Shown one piece after another: positions 7,563 to 17,428 of a stretch of DNA of 64,000 nucleotides. How positions within the stretch are numbered: the first letter of the stretch is position 1; each line of letters opens with the position of its first letter. Source of the DNA: Coprobacter sp. (GTDB taxonomy: Bacteria > Bacteroidota > Bacteroidia > Bacteroidales > UBA11471); NCBI GenBank assembly GCA_017462265.1, contig JAFTRN010000054.1:12068-76067 (forward strand), in the 5' to 3' direction. Under the pieces are notes generated by a model. It searched no databases. It was given only the letters and a program-made list of their open reading frames with translations, and had not been told where the DNA came from. The position numbers and the translations under genes were made by a program.

Positions 7563-8417
7563 ATGGCCATAAAAGATAAAATAGCCGTCATCACCGGTGC
7601 CGACGGTGGTATGGGCAGTGAGATAACGCTGGCCGTGGCCCAAGCGGGGTATCACATAATCATGGCCTGTAAGCAGCCCGAGAAAGCCGAGACCAAAAGA
7701 CAGGAAATCATAGCAAAAAGCGGCAATAAACACATCGAAGTAAGAGAGATTAATCTCAGTTCGCTGGCATCGGTATCGGCTTTTGCCGACAAATTGACGC
7801 AAGAGAACGCTTCCATCGATTTGCTGATGAACAATGCCGGCGCGTTAGATTATAAACCCATAACCACGGTAGATAGGCTTGCCAACATGACCAGTGTAAA
7901 CTATGTAGCCCCCTATCTGCTCACTCGCAAATTGGCCCCGTTGATGCACCGTGGTTCCCGCGTGGTGAATATGGTTTCATGCACCTATGCCATAGGAAAA
8001 GTATCGTTACCCCACTTTTTCACCCATGGAGGCAAAGGCGGATTTTGGCGTATTCCCATATACAGCAATACGAAATTTGCCCTTACTTTGTTCACCCTCG
8101 AAATGGCCGAACGGCTGAAAGAGCAAGGAATCACCATCAATGCCGCCGACCCGGGTATCGTATCGACCAATATCATACGTATGCACAATATCGTAATCGA
8201 TAAATTGTGCGATTGGTTTTTCCGTCCGTTTATCCGCACACCGCGTCAAGGTGCCGACACCGCCATCGGATTGTTGCTCGACGCCGAGGCCGAGGGGCGT
8301 ACCGGCACATTCAATGCCAGCCACAAGGTGAAAAACTTATCGGAAAAGTACACCAAAAGCCCGATGCGGAAAATATTGTGGGACGAAACCGAGAAGATTG
8401 TCAAGGATTACCTATAA
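7563..8417 (+). CDS. short-chain dehydrogenase/reductase (SDR)
   Basis: The ATG at 7563 gives MAIKDKIAVITGADGGMGSEI (TGxxxGxG), and YSNTK is the catalytic YxxxK. The track start at 7545 is a TTG that overlaps the OYE stop codon. Confidence 0.85.
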   Translation: MAIKDKIAVITGADGGMGSEITLAVAQAGYHIIMACKQPEKAETKRQEIIAKSGNKHIEVREINLSSLASVSAFADKLTQENASIDLLMNNAGALDYKPITTVDRLANMTSVNYVAPYLLTRKLAPLMHRGSRVVNMVSCTYAIGKVSLPHFFTHGGKGGFWRIPIYSNTKFALTLFTLEMAERLKEQGITINAADPGIVSTNIIRMHNIVIDKLCDWFFRPFIRTPRQGADTAIGLLLDAEAEGRTGTFNASHKVKNLSEKYTKSPMRKILWDETEKIVKDYL

Positions 8418-8488
8418 TAATCAGTTCCTTGAAAACTCTCTATATTTACATAAGTAAAACAACATAACCTTCATAAAAACAAACCTTT

Positions 8489-10762
8489 ATGCTTATGAAA
8501 TTAAAAACAACATTCACATCGTTGCTACTGGCCACGGCTGTCGTTGCACCGGTGAAGGCCGATGAAGGAATGTGGCTTCTGCCCTTTCTGAAACAACAAA
8601 ACAGCGAACAACTGAAAAAAGCCGGATTGATGATGGACATCGACGACATATACAATCCCGATGCCACCTCGATGAAAGATGCCATCATAATCTTCGGTAA
8701 TGGCTGTACCGGAGAAATCATTTCGTCGGAAGGTCTCATACTCACCAATCACCACTGCGGTTATGGCGCCATACAGCAGCACAGTACCGTAGAACACGAC
8801 TATCTCACCGACGGATTCTGGGCCATGGACAAAAGTCAGGAGTTACACACCCCCGGCCTGCAAGTACGTTTCATCGACAAAATAGAAGAAGTTACCGACA
8901 TCATCAACAAAGCCGTTGAAGAGTCGGGTGATGAGATGAAAGCCTTCAACACCGCATTTCTCAGCAATAAAGCTCGCGAACTTGCCGGAGAAGAATTTTT
9001 AGCTCAAAATCCTTTTGTAGAGGTTGTTATCAAGCCTTTTTATGGCGGAAACCGCTTCTTCATGTTCTACATGACGGTATATAACGACATACGTATGGTA
9101 GGTGCGCCCCCCTCGTCGATAGGTAAATTCGGTGCCGATACCGACAACTGGATGTGGCCCCGCCATACCGGCGACTTCTCGCTCTTCCGCGTATATACGT
9201 CGCCCGATGGCAAACCGGCCGAATACAGCGCCGACAACGTACCTCTGAAACCGAAACGCTATTTCAAAATATCACTCGGCGGTGTACAGGAGAACGACTA
9301 TGCCATGATTATGGGATTCCCCGGCACCACCAATCGTTACTACACCTCGTGGGAGGTAAAAGAGATGCGCGACATCGAAAATGCCACTCGTATCGAAATG
9401 CGCGGTGTACGTCAGGCCGAAATGCTCGACGAGATGCTTGCCGACCCTGCCGTGCGCATACAATATGCCAGCAAATATGCACGGTCGAGCAACTACCATA
9501 AAAACTCCATCGGTATGAACCGAGGTATCGATAAACTCGACGTGATAGGTACTAAAGAGCGTCAAGAAGAGGCTCTGCGTCAATGGTCGGCCACCAACAA
9601 TCACCCCGAATACATCGAGGCACTCGATGAAATAAAAACTGTAATGGAGGCCCTCGCACCCATCAATCTGGCCTATTGCCAACTCAACGAGGGTATTAGA
9701 ATGGCAATAGAATGCAGCCAAGTACCGGCCACCGGTGCTTTGAAAAAGGCTCTGCAAGACAAAAACTACGCCAAAGTAGATACCCTCATCGATGTGTTGC
9801 GTGGAAAATATGCCCAATTTGCCAACAAAGACTACAGCCGCAAGGTCGATCAACGTGTGACCAAGGCTATGCTGAAAGCCTACAAAGCCGCTGTGGCCGA
9901 GGGTGAACGCTTTGCCATCTACGACCTTATCGACAAAAAATTCAAAGGCAATATCGACCGCTATGTCGATGAGGCTTTCAAAACCTCAATTTTCGCCAGT
10001 GACGAAAATTTCGAGAAATTCTGCAAGAAACCTACCGTAAAAGCTTTGGAAAAAGACCTGCTCGTAGCGTTGCGTAACGCTTTCGTGGACAAATACCAAG
10101 AGATACGTGCCGAAGCCCGTCCTCTCGATGAACGTCTCACTAAAGCCAAGAAAGTATATATCAAAGGATTGCTCGATATGGCAGGTGACACTCCCACCTA
10201 CCCCGATGCCAACTTCACCATTCGTCTCACATATGGTAACGTACTGCCCTACTCGCCTGCCGATGGTGTGGAATACAGCTACTTCACCACCCAACGCGGT
10301 ATTCTCGAGAAAGAGGATCCCGACAACTGGGAATTTGTGGTACCGGCTCGTCTCAAAGAGTTGATTCTCGCCAAAGATTTCGGTGAATACGCCCTTCCTA
10401 ACGGCGACCTGCCCACCTGCTTCCTCAGCAACAACGATATTACCGGTGGTAACTCGGGTAGCCCCGTCATCAACGCTTACGGCGAATTGATTGGTGCCGC
10501 TTTCGACGGCAACTGGGAAGCCATGAGTGGCGACATCGTTTTCGAAAAAGAGCTGCAACGCTGTATCAACGTAGATATTCGTTACATACTCTTCATCATC
10601 GACAAATATGCCGGAGCCAAAAATCTGATTGAAGAAATGGATATTGTGCGTGAGTATCGCCCAAACATTAAGCATACGGATATATTCGACGAAAAAGCTT
10701 TTAGAGAAGAGATGGAGAAAATGATGAAAGAATTCTATAATGAAGAAAATCTAAAAAAATAA
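8489..10762 (+). CDS. S46-family serine peptidase (dipeptidyl-peptidase 7/11-like)
   Basis: 757 aa with a signal peptide followed by DEGMWLLPF. The catalytic regions LILTNHHCG and ITGGNSGSPVIN are present. The start could be 8489 or 8495. Confidence 0.9.
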   Translation: MLMKLKTTFTSLLLATAVVAPVKADEGMWLLPFLKQQNSEQLKKAGLMMDIDDIYNPDATSMKDAIIIFGNGCTGEIISSEGLILTNHHCGYGAIQQHSTVEHDYLTDGFWAMDKSQELHTPGLQVRFIDKIEEVTDIINKAVEESGDEMKAFNTAFLSNKARELAGEEFLAQNPFVEVVIKPFYGGNRFFMFYMTVYNDIRMVGAPPSSIGKFGADTDNWMWPRHTGDFSLFRVYTSPDGKPAEYSADNVPLKPKRYFKISLGGVQENDYAMIMGFPGTTNRYYTSWEVKEMRDIENATRIEMRGVRQAEMLDEMLADPAVRIQYASKYARSSNYHKNSIGMNRGIDKLDVIGTKERQEEALRQWSATNNHPEYIEALDEIKTVMEALAPINLAYCQLNEGIRMAIECSQVPATGALKKALQDKNYAKVDTLIDVLRGKYAQFANKDYSRKVDQRVTKAMLKAYKAAVAEGERFAIYDLIDKKFKGNIDRYVDEAFKTSIFASDENFEKFCKKPTVKALEKDLLVALRNAFVDKYQEIRAEARPLDERLTKAKKVYIKGLLDMAGDTPTYPDANFTIRLTYGNVLPYSPADGVEYSYFTTQRGILEKEDPDNWEFVVPARLKELILAKDFGEYALPNGDLPTCFLSNNDITGGNSGSPVINAYGELIGAAFDGNWEAMSGDIVFEKELQRCINVDIRYILFIIDKYAGAKNLIEEMDIVREYRPNIKHTDIFDEKAFREEMEKMMKEFYNEENLKK

Positions 10763-10800
10763 TCTCTTATAGATCCTTACTTTCAAAAGAGGTCGCACTC

Positions 10801-10864
10801 AGAGTTGAAGTGAACCCCAAAAGTTTTTTTGTCTAACTTTTGGGGTTCACTTCAACTCTTTTTC
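10801..10864 (+). terminator. intrinsic terminator with a perfect 25-bp stem
   Basis: agagttgaagtgaaccccaaaagtt (10801-10825) pairs with aacttttggggttcacttcaactct (10835-10859), and the stem is followed by ttttt. Confidence 0.8.
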
Positions 10865-10941
10865 ATTTACACAATTATATTAATGACGCACATGAATTGA
10901 AAATTTGTGCAAATCTTATTTTTTTACTCAACCGATAAATG

Positions 10942-10949
10942 TACTTTTG
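10942..10949 (+). promoter_or_regulatory. -7 promoter motif TACTTTTG upstream of the CotH gene
   Basis: Exact TAnnTTTG match 26 nt upstream of the ATG at 10975. Confidence 0.45.
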
Positions 10950-10974
10950 TAGAAACTACTAAAAAAACCTTTCT

Positions 10975-12993
10975 ATGAAAAAGTTCTTTTCGGTCATACT
11001 ATTCTTTATTGCCTTATTGCCGATAATACCCTGTAACGCTCAGGAGGAATACACGCAATTGACCAATCTGCCCACGATTTATATCAACACTTTCGACAAC
11101 AAAGAAATCACCAGCAAAGAGAACTATATCTACGCCACCATGCATTATGTGGACTCCACGGGCGTTACCCGATACGACTCTATGCAGATACGCGGACGCG
11201 GAAACTCTACGTGGGGATTGGCAAAAAAGCCATACCGCATCAAATTCAAGGAGAAAGAACGACTGCTCGGTAGTGAACGTGCCAATGCCAAAAGCTGGAC
11301 GTTGCTCGCCAACTATGCCGACAAAACCTTAATAAGAAATGCCATTGCCGCCTGTATGGGGACATTTGCCGGACAACCCTTTACCGCTGCCGCCCAATTT
11401 GTGGATTTATACCTCAACGGCGAGTTTAAGGGCTGTTACCAAATATCCGACCAAATAGAGATACGCAAAAAACGGGTAAACATTACCGAACAAGAAGATG
11501 TGGCAACCGCCGATAGTAACATAAGTGGTGGCTATTTGCTTGAAGTCGACGGATTTGCCGGTGGGGAACCTGTATATTTCACCACCGATAAAGGGCTGAC
11601 CATCACCATAAAATCGCCCGACGAGGATATTATTATCGACCGACAAAAAGAGTACATCAAAAATCATGTTCAGAAATTTGAAAACGCACTATTCTCCAAC
11701 TCGTTTGTCGATCCCAATATCGGATATCGGGCCTACGTGGACTCATCGACACTGGCCAGCTGGTATATCGCCACCGAGCTCACCGGTAATGTCGATGGTT
11801 TTTGGAGTACCTATATGTACAAAGAGAAAGACGATTCCCTACTCTACTGGGGCCCTATGTGGGACTATGATATAGCATTCAACAACGACTATCGTGCCGG
11901 TGATGTGAACGAATATCTCATGCGCGACAGAGCTTTCAGCGATGTACTGACCAAGGTGTGGGTACAACAAATGTGGAAAGATCCGTGGTTTGTACGCCTC
12001 ATCAATCGCACTTGGAAAGAATTGATAGAAAAGGGGTATGAAGAGTATGTACTGAACTACTTCGACAACCTCGTTGCTGAACTCGACCAATCCCAAAAGG
12101 CCAATTTCGGAATATGGCCGCTCAAAGATCGTGTATATAACGAATATGTGCTATTCAGTACATACCAAGAGGGGGTAGATTATCTGCGAAATTATATCAC
12201 AAAACGTTTTGACTATCTGACAAAAGCTTTTGAAGAGGGCGAACGCAGTGTAGTGGAGATACGCCCCACTCCCGAATTTACACCCAACGCTTCGTATTAC
12301 TATCGCATAAAGAATAAAGACAATAACTTATACCTCGATATGGTGAGCGAGTCGATTTACACCCGTATGTCGGCCGTGAAAGAGTCACAGCAATGGGATA
12401 TTGTCGATACCGGTGACGGCTATTACTATCTGCAAAATAGAGCTACAGGATTGGTTATCACCGATGGTGCTACCACCTCTTGGGGGAAATACTCTTGCGA
12501 CTCAATGGTCGTATCGCAAGAGATAATTGCCGAAAAAGCTCGCCAACAATGGCGTTTTGTACCTGTCGGCTATGGGGATATGTATGTAATAGAGAATAAA
12601 CTTACAGGTCTGGCACTGACCAAAATAGCCGGTGACGCCTCCCGACGCAACTATGTAGTAACCGGCGAAAATGCAGGAACCGAAACAGACGACAATAGTT
12701 GTCTGTGGTATATCGACACCTACAAAGAGAAGCCCATGACCGGTATTTCCGAAGTAGAGGCTGCACGATGTGAATATATTGTGACCTATAACCCCGATAC
12801 CCGCACCGTTCGATTCATAGCCGAAAGCGGGGCTACCCTCGATGGTACTGCCCATATATGTAATATAAACGGCACCATACTCATGCAATCGAATATAGGA
12901 CAGGATATTGACGTATCACATCTACCCAACGGTACTTATCTGCTTATGTGGCACGATGGCTCGCACAATCGTAGTGTGAAATTCATAAAGTAA
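10975..12993 (+). CDS. CotH-family protein with a ricin-type beta-trefoil lectin module and a T9SS C-terminal sorting domain
   Basis: 672 aa with a signal peptide. The CotH-like core includes GGYLLEVD and YWGPMWDYDIAFNND. Two QxW motifs (QQWDIV, QQWRFV) lie in the 430-560 region. The C-terminus LPNGTYLLMWHDGSHNRSVKFIK is CTD-like. Confidence 0.8.
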   Translation: MKKFFSVILFFIALLPIIPCNAQEEYTQLTNLPTIYINTFDNKEITSKENYIYATMHYVDSTGVTRYDSMQIRGRGNSTWGLAKKPYRIKFKEKERLLGSERANAKSWTLLANYADKTLIRNAIAACMGTFAGQPFTAAAQFVDLYLNGEFKGCYQISDQIEIRKKRVNITEQEDVATADSNISGGYLLEVDGFAGGEPVYFTTDKGLTITIKSPDEDIIIDRQKEYIKNHVQKFENALFSNSFVDPNIGYRAYVDSSTLASWYIATELTGNVDGFWSTYMYKEKDDSLLYWGPMWDYDIAFNNDYRAGDVNEYLMRDRAFSDVLTKVWVQQMWKDPWFVRLINRTWKELIEKGYEEYVLNYFDNLVAELDQSQKANFGIWPLKDRVYNEYVLFSTYQEGVDYLRNYITKRFDYLTKAFEEGERSVVEIRPTPEFTPNASYYYRIKNKDNNLYLDMVSESIYTRMSAVKESQQWDIVDTGDGYYYLQNRATGLVITDGATTSWGKYSCDSMVVSQEIIAEKARQQWRFVPVGYGDMYVIENKLTGLALTKIAGDASRRNYVVTGENAGTETDDNSCLWYIDTYKEKPMTGISEVEAARCEYIVTYNPDTRTVRFIAESGATLDGTAHICNINGTILMQSNIGQDIDVSHLPNGTYLLMWHDGSHNRSVKFIK

Positions 12994-13011
12994 TTATAGT
13001 CAAGTATCTGG

Positions 13012-13044
13012 CAAACGGGTACACCGCAAGGAGATACCCGTTTG
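13012..13044. terminator. bidirectional hairpin between the convergent CotH and tpx genes
   Basis: caaacgggta (13012-13021) pairs with tacccgtttg (13035-13044). Confidence 0.6.
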
Positions 13045-13058
13045 TTGTATGGCTCATA

Positions 13059-13559
13059 CTATTTCAGCGCATAAAGTGCCGCAGAATAATTGGGCTCTCG
13101 GGTAATCTCGGGAACGAGTTCGGTATATACAACACGACCTTTCGCGTCAATCACCACTATCGCACGTGCCAGCAACCCGGCCAGCGGACCATCGAGCATT
13201 TCCACCCCATATTGTTCCGCAAATTTACTATCTCGGAACGCCGATACCGGAATCACATTTTTTATACCTTCGGTTGTGCAAAAACGGCTTTGAGCAAACG
13301 GCAAATCCTTCGACACCGCCAATACCACCGTATTAGGAATATCCGATACTAATTGATTGAATTTACGTACCGTAGTCGCACACACGCCCGTGTCGAGGCT
13401 TGGGAATATATTCAACACGACACGTTTACCCATGAGGCTGTCGCTCTTCAATAAGGAAAGATTTCCTTTTACCAATTCGAAATGTGGTACGATACTACCG
13501 ATTGATGGGAGTTCGCCACCGGTATGCACCGGTGTACCTTTGAAAGTGATTGTTGCCAT
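13059..13559 (-). CDS. tpx: thiol peroxidase (atypical 2-Cys peroxiredoxin)
   Basis: The ATG at 13559 gives MATITFKGTPVHTGG. FPSLDTGVCA carries the peroxidatic Cys. The longer track ORF (to 13655) overlaps the metH 3' end. Confidence 0.9.
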   Translation of the reverse strand: MATITFKGTPVHTGGELPSIGSIVPHFELVKGNLSLLKSDSLMGKRVVLNIFPSLDTGVCATTVRKFNQLVSDIPNTVVLAVSKDLPFAQSRFCTTEGIKNVIPVSAFRDSKFAEQYGVEMLDGPLAGLLARAIVVIDAKGRVVYTELVPEITREPNYSAALYALK

Positions 13560-13639
13560 AAAAGAAAAATTAAACGCAGGGAATAGAATTTCCCTACGTT
13601 TATAAGTAACAGTTATGAAGTGAAATTTGTTTGCCGCAA

Positions 13640-16600
13640 TTACACCGATAGCCATTTATACGAATCCTCTACCGAGAATTTGCGACGAAGGGCATATCGT
13701 TGTCGCTGTTCGTCGTCGATATTACCAATATGGAAATAGGCCGACTGCGGGTGAGCAATGAGCAGTCCCATAGTTGTAGAGGTCGGTGTCATAGCGCCAT
13801 TCTCGGTGAGGGCTACACCGATAGTATCTGCTGCAAGCAAACGCGCCAAATCGAACGCCAGCGACTGGTCGGGCAGTGAGGGATACCCCACTGCCGGTCG
13901 TATGCCTTGATAGTGTTGCGCCAAGAGCGTAGGGATATGCTCTTTTTCCATAGGTGAATAGCCCCAGTAACGAGTACGCACGGCATAATGCAACTTTTCG
14001 GTTGCCGCCTCTACAAGGCGATCGCAAAGCGATTGCAGTAACAATGCGTTGTAGGTATCACCCTGATGTTCATACCGCAGTATCTCTTGTTGCAACCCCG
14101 CCGATATAGTGACTACAAATGCGCCTACATAGTCGTTTCTGTTTTCGCGTTGTGGCATCACATAGTCGGTAAGAGCCAGATATTTTCCCTGTAACGATGT
14201 ATGTTGTTGGCGCAGACAGGGTATTACCACATCGCCCTCGCGAGTATATAGTACAATATCATTATCCACACTGTTGGCGGGGAATATGCCATATTTAGCC
14301 ATCAGATATTTATCCTCCCCGACCATCAGTTTTTCGAGCATCTGCTTCGCATCGGCCATCAACTTCTCGGTCTCCTCCACTCGAGACGGAAAGGTAACCG
14401 CCGTGCGACAACGATCGCACGCACAATCGGCCTCATGCCCCCCGGTCAATCGCCAGGTATGCAGAAAATATTTCCAATTGATATAGGGCATGGCCTCTTG
14501 CAAGGCAATACGCACCTCTTGCACACTTGCCGAGGACTGTGGGGCTACTGGGGTATAATCGTCCCACTCCACTTTCGCACCGTTTTTATCGGCAATATCT
14601 ATATTTTCCAAGTCGCTCTTTCCCATAATAGAGTGGCGCAACTGTTCTTGTTCGGCACGCAGGTTTTGTACAAAGGTGTCGCGAGTGTCGGTATTCAGCC
14701 ACTGAGCCGCCACCGCAGGCATTTGAGCCGCATCGCGGGTATAAATTACCGGACCGCTGTAACAAGGCGCTATTTTCACGGCAGTATGCAATTTCGACGT
14801 CGTGGCTCCCCCTATCATCAAGGGCAGTGACATTCCGGCCTCTTCCATCGCCGTGGCTATGCGGCACATCTCGTCGAGCGAGGGGGTTATCAGTCCGCTC
14901 ACGCCTATTATATCCACCTTTTCGCGCAGGGCGGTCTCTATGATTGTCTCGGTAGGCACCATCACCCCGAGGTCGATAATCTCGTAGTTGTTGCAAGCCA
15001 ACACCACCGAAACGATATTCTTGCCTATATCGTGTACATCGCCCTTGACGGTCGCCAACAATATCTTTCCGGCTTTGCGACCGGTATCGGCCTGCGCCTC
15101 GATATAGGGTTGTAACAGAGATACGGCCTGTTTCATGGTGCGAGCGGTCTTCACCACTTGGGGCAAGAACATTTTCCCCTCGCCAAAGAGCGTACCCACA
15201 CGGTTCATGCCGGCCATCAAGGGGCCTTCGATAATCTTCACCGCGTCGCCATATATGGTCAATGCCTCTTGCAAATCGACCTCGAGGCGATCGCCCACAC
15301 CCTTCACAAGGGCATATTCCAATCGTTCATCGAGCGACAGGGTATCTCGTATGTCACTTTGCTGCGACGGCTCACCAACCGGTAACTCCGTTGCTTTCAA
15401 CCGTTCGGCCATCGCTATCAGCCGATCGGTCGCATCGGCCCGCCGATTGAATATCACATCTTCGATACATTGCAACAGTTCGTCGGGAATATCGGCATAC
15501 GACACTTTCGTTGCCGGATTTACAATGGCCATATCCATGCCCGCCTGTATGGCATGATACAGAAACACAGCATGCATCGCCTCGCGGATATAATTATTTC
15601 CTCGGAACGAGAACGACAAGTTGCTGATACCGCCACTCACTTTGGCACCCGACAGATTCGTCTTTATCCATGCCGTGGCTCGGATAAAGTCCACGCCATA
15701 ATCGGCATGAGCCTCTATACCTGTGGCAAGCGCCAACACATTGGGGTCGAATATGATATCGGTAGGCGCTATCCCTGCCGCCGTAAGCAGGGTATAGGCT
15801 CGTTGGCACACGGCTATTTTGCGTTCGTAGGTATCGGCCTGTCCCTCCTCATCGAACGCCATGACCACCATGGCCGCACCCAACCGCTGTATGGCACGTG
15901 CATGAGCGAGAAACTGTTCCTCACCCTCTTTCAGACTTATAGAATTAACGATACCCTTGCCCTGTACACACTTCAACCCGGCCTCTACGACCGGCCATTT
16001 CGACGAGTCGAGCATCACGGGCACGCGACATATTTCGGGTTCCGACGCCACCAGATTCAGGAACGTCACCATCTCTTTTTCGGTATCGAGCATGGCGTCG
16101 TCCATATTTATATCTATTATCTGCGCGCCATCTTCTACCTGTTTACGGGCTATCTCGAGAGCCTCATCATATTTTTTCTCGGAAATCAGTCGCAGGAATT
16201 TACGCGAACCGGCCACATTACAGCGTTCACCCACATTTATGAAATTATTTTCAGGCACAATACGCAGCATCTCCAGTCCCGATAGGGTAAGCTCTTGCCC
16301 CTTAGCGATAAGAGCGCGAGGGGCAGCACCGGCGACCAAGCGTGACAGTGCCTCGATATGTGCCGGCGTAGTACCGCAACAGCCCCCGATGATATTCACC
16401 AACCGTTCATCGACAAACTCCTGTACCTGAGCGGCCATCGATTCGGGTGTCTCGTCATATTGGCCGAAACGGTTGGGCAGTCCGGCATTGGGATAGGCCG
16501 ATATGTAATAGGGAGCCATCTGCGACAACTGCCGTAAGTAGGGTTTCATATCGCGGGCGCCAAACGAGCAGTTGAGCCCCACGGTGAGAACATCGGCATG

Positions 16601-17290
16601 CTGTACCGAGGCAAGGAAAGCCTCCAAAGTTTGCCCCGACAAGGTGCGTCCGCCATCGGACAGTGTCACCGATAGCATCAACGGCACTCGCCGTCCCATC
16701 GTGGTCATGGCCACCTCGGCGGCATATAGGGCGGCCTTCACATTCAGCGTATCAAATATCGTCTCTATCAGCAGGAGGTCCACCCCACCCTCTATCAAGG
16801 CACACATTTGCTCCCGATAGGCCTCGGCCATATTGTCGAAAGTCACGGCTCTATAAGCGGGATTGTTCACATCGGGCGACATAGAGCAGGTTTTATTGGT
16901 GGGACCTACAGCACCCGCCACGAAACGCGGTTTCTCGGGCGTTTGTCGGGTGAATCGGTCTGCCACGGCACGAGCCAATCGGGCGGCCGAGCGGTTTATC
17001 TCAGCCACATAAGCCGTCATTCCGTAATCGGCCTGAGAGATACGTGTGGCATTGAACGAGTTGGTCTCTATAATATCAGCCCCGGCACGGAGATAGGCTT
17101 CATGTATCGACGATATGATTTGAGGCTGCGTGAGGCATAGTATATCATTATTACCCTTTTGCAATATCTCACAATCGGCAAATCGTGTACCTCTGAAATC
17201 GGCCTCGGTCAAGGCATATTGCTGTATCATAGTGCCCATAGCGCCATCGAGCAGGGCAATACGCTGTTGCAGTATATCGGTAAGTTTCAT
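13640..17290 (-). CDS. metH: cobalamin-dependent methionine synthase
   Basis: 1216 aa. Contains Hcy-binding, pterin-binding, B12-binding ([11 protein letters not shown], the DxHxxG motif) and AdoMet-activation regions in the canonical order. Confidence 0.95.
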   Translation of the reverse strand: MKLTDILQQRIALLDGAMGTMIQQYALTEADFRGTRFADCEILQKGNNDILCLTQPQIISSIHEAYLRAGADIIETNSFNATRISQADYGMTAYVAEINRSAARLARAVADRFTRQTPEKPRFVAGAVGPTNKTCSMSPDVNNPAYRAVTFDNMAEAYREQMCALIEGGVDLLLIETIFDTLNVKAALYAAEVAMTTMGRRVPLMLSVTLSDGGRTLSGQTLEAFLASVQHADVLTVGLNCSFGARDMKPYLRQLSQMAPYYISAYPNAGLPNRFGQYDETPESMAAQVQEFVDERLVNIIGGCCGTTPAHIEALSRLVAGAAPRALIAKGQELTLSGLEMLRIVPENNFINVGERCNVAGSRKFLRLISEKKYDEALEIARKQVEDGAQIIDINMDDAMLDTEKEMVTFLNLVASEPEICRVPVMLDSSKWPVVEAGLKCVQGKGIVNSISLKEGEEQFLAHARAIQRLGAAMVVMAFDEEGQADTYERKIAVCQRAYTLLTAAGIAPTDIIFDPNVLALATGIEAHADYGVDFIRATAWIKTNLSGAKVSGGISNLSFSFRGNNYIREAMHAVFLYHAIQAGMDMAIVNPATKVSYADIPDELLQCIEDVIFNRRADATDRLIAMAERLKATELPVGEPSQQSDIRDTLSLDERLEYALVKGVGDRLEVDLQEALTIYGDAVKIIEGPLMAGMNRVGTLFGEGKMFLPQVVKTARTMKQAVSLLQPYIEAQADTGRKAGKILLATVKGDVHDIGKNIVSVVLACNNYEIIDLGVMVPTETIIETALREKVDIIGVSGLITPSLDEMCRIATAMEEAGMSLPLMIGGATTSKLHTAVKIAPCYSGPVIYTRDAAQMPAVAAQWLNTDTRDTFVQNLRAEQEQLRHSIMGKSDLENIDIADKNGAKVEWDDYTPVAPQSSASVQEVRIALQEAMPYINWKYFLHTWRLTGGHEADCACDRCRTAVTFPSRVEETEKLMADAKQMLEKLMVGEDKYLMAKYGIFPANSVDNDIVLYTREGDVVIPCLRQQHTSLQGKYLALTDYVMPQRENRNDYVGAFVVTISAGLQQEILRYEHQGDTYNALLLQSLCDRLVEAATEKLHYAVRTRYWGYSPMEKEHIPTLLAQHYQGIRPAVGYPSLPDQSLAFDLARLLAADTIGVALTENGAMTPTSTTMGLLIAHPQSAYFHIGNIDDEQRQRYALRRKFSVEDSYKWLSV

Positions 17291-17308
17291 TTCCTACTAT
17301 TTTGGGCA

Positions 17309-17316
17309 CAAAGATA
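17309..17316 (-). promoter_or_regulatory. -7 promoter motif (TATCTTTG on the minus strand) upstream of metH
   Basis: caaagata lies 19 nt upstream of the ATG at 17290. Confidence 0.4.
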
Positions 17317-17371
17317 AAAATAAATACAAAATATTATCAGCCGTTCTTTCAATTTTATTTTAATGGTTGCC

Positions 17372-17403
17372 CTCGGCGGCCACTCGAACCGAGTGGCCCT
17401 ACA
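17372..17403 (+). repeat. hairpin motif copy 1 (ctcggcGGCCACTCGaacCGAGTGGCCctaca)
   Basis: 9-bp stem at 17378-17398. Lies 3' of the lipoprotein gene and may serve as its terminator on the minus strand. A similar sequence occurs at 19979-20008. Confidence 0.55.
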
Positions 17404-17428
17404 AAAAATGGGCTGAGATGCGATAATT

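Noticed and set aside
9272-10675. Antisense ORFs of 193 and 229 aa inside the S46 peptidase gene.
   Set aside because: They have no recognisable motifs and are completely nested in a confidently called gene on the other strand.
13560-13655. The N-terminal extension of the tpx ORF.
   Set aside because: It would overlap the metH stop region. MATITFKG at 13559 matches the usual Tpx N-terminus and length (~166 aa).
13722-17140. Numerous 60-270 aa ORFs on the plus strand or out of frame inside metH, for example 15470-16285 (271 aa), 15957-16430 and 15135-15557.
   Set aside because: They lie fully within a gene with unambiguous MetH motifs along its whole length. Their translations are low-complexity and R/S/H-rich, as expected for antisense frames of GC-richer coding DNA.
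17291-17428. A cobalamin or SAM riboswitch upstream of metH.
   Set aside because: Only 138 nt separate metH from the upstream gene, and the -7 motif sits 19 nt from the ATG. There is no room for, and no sign of, a B12-box or S-box structure.
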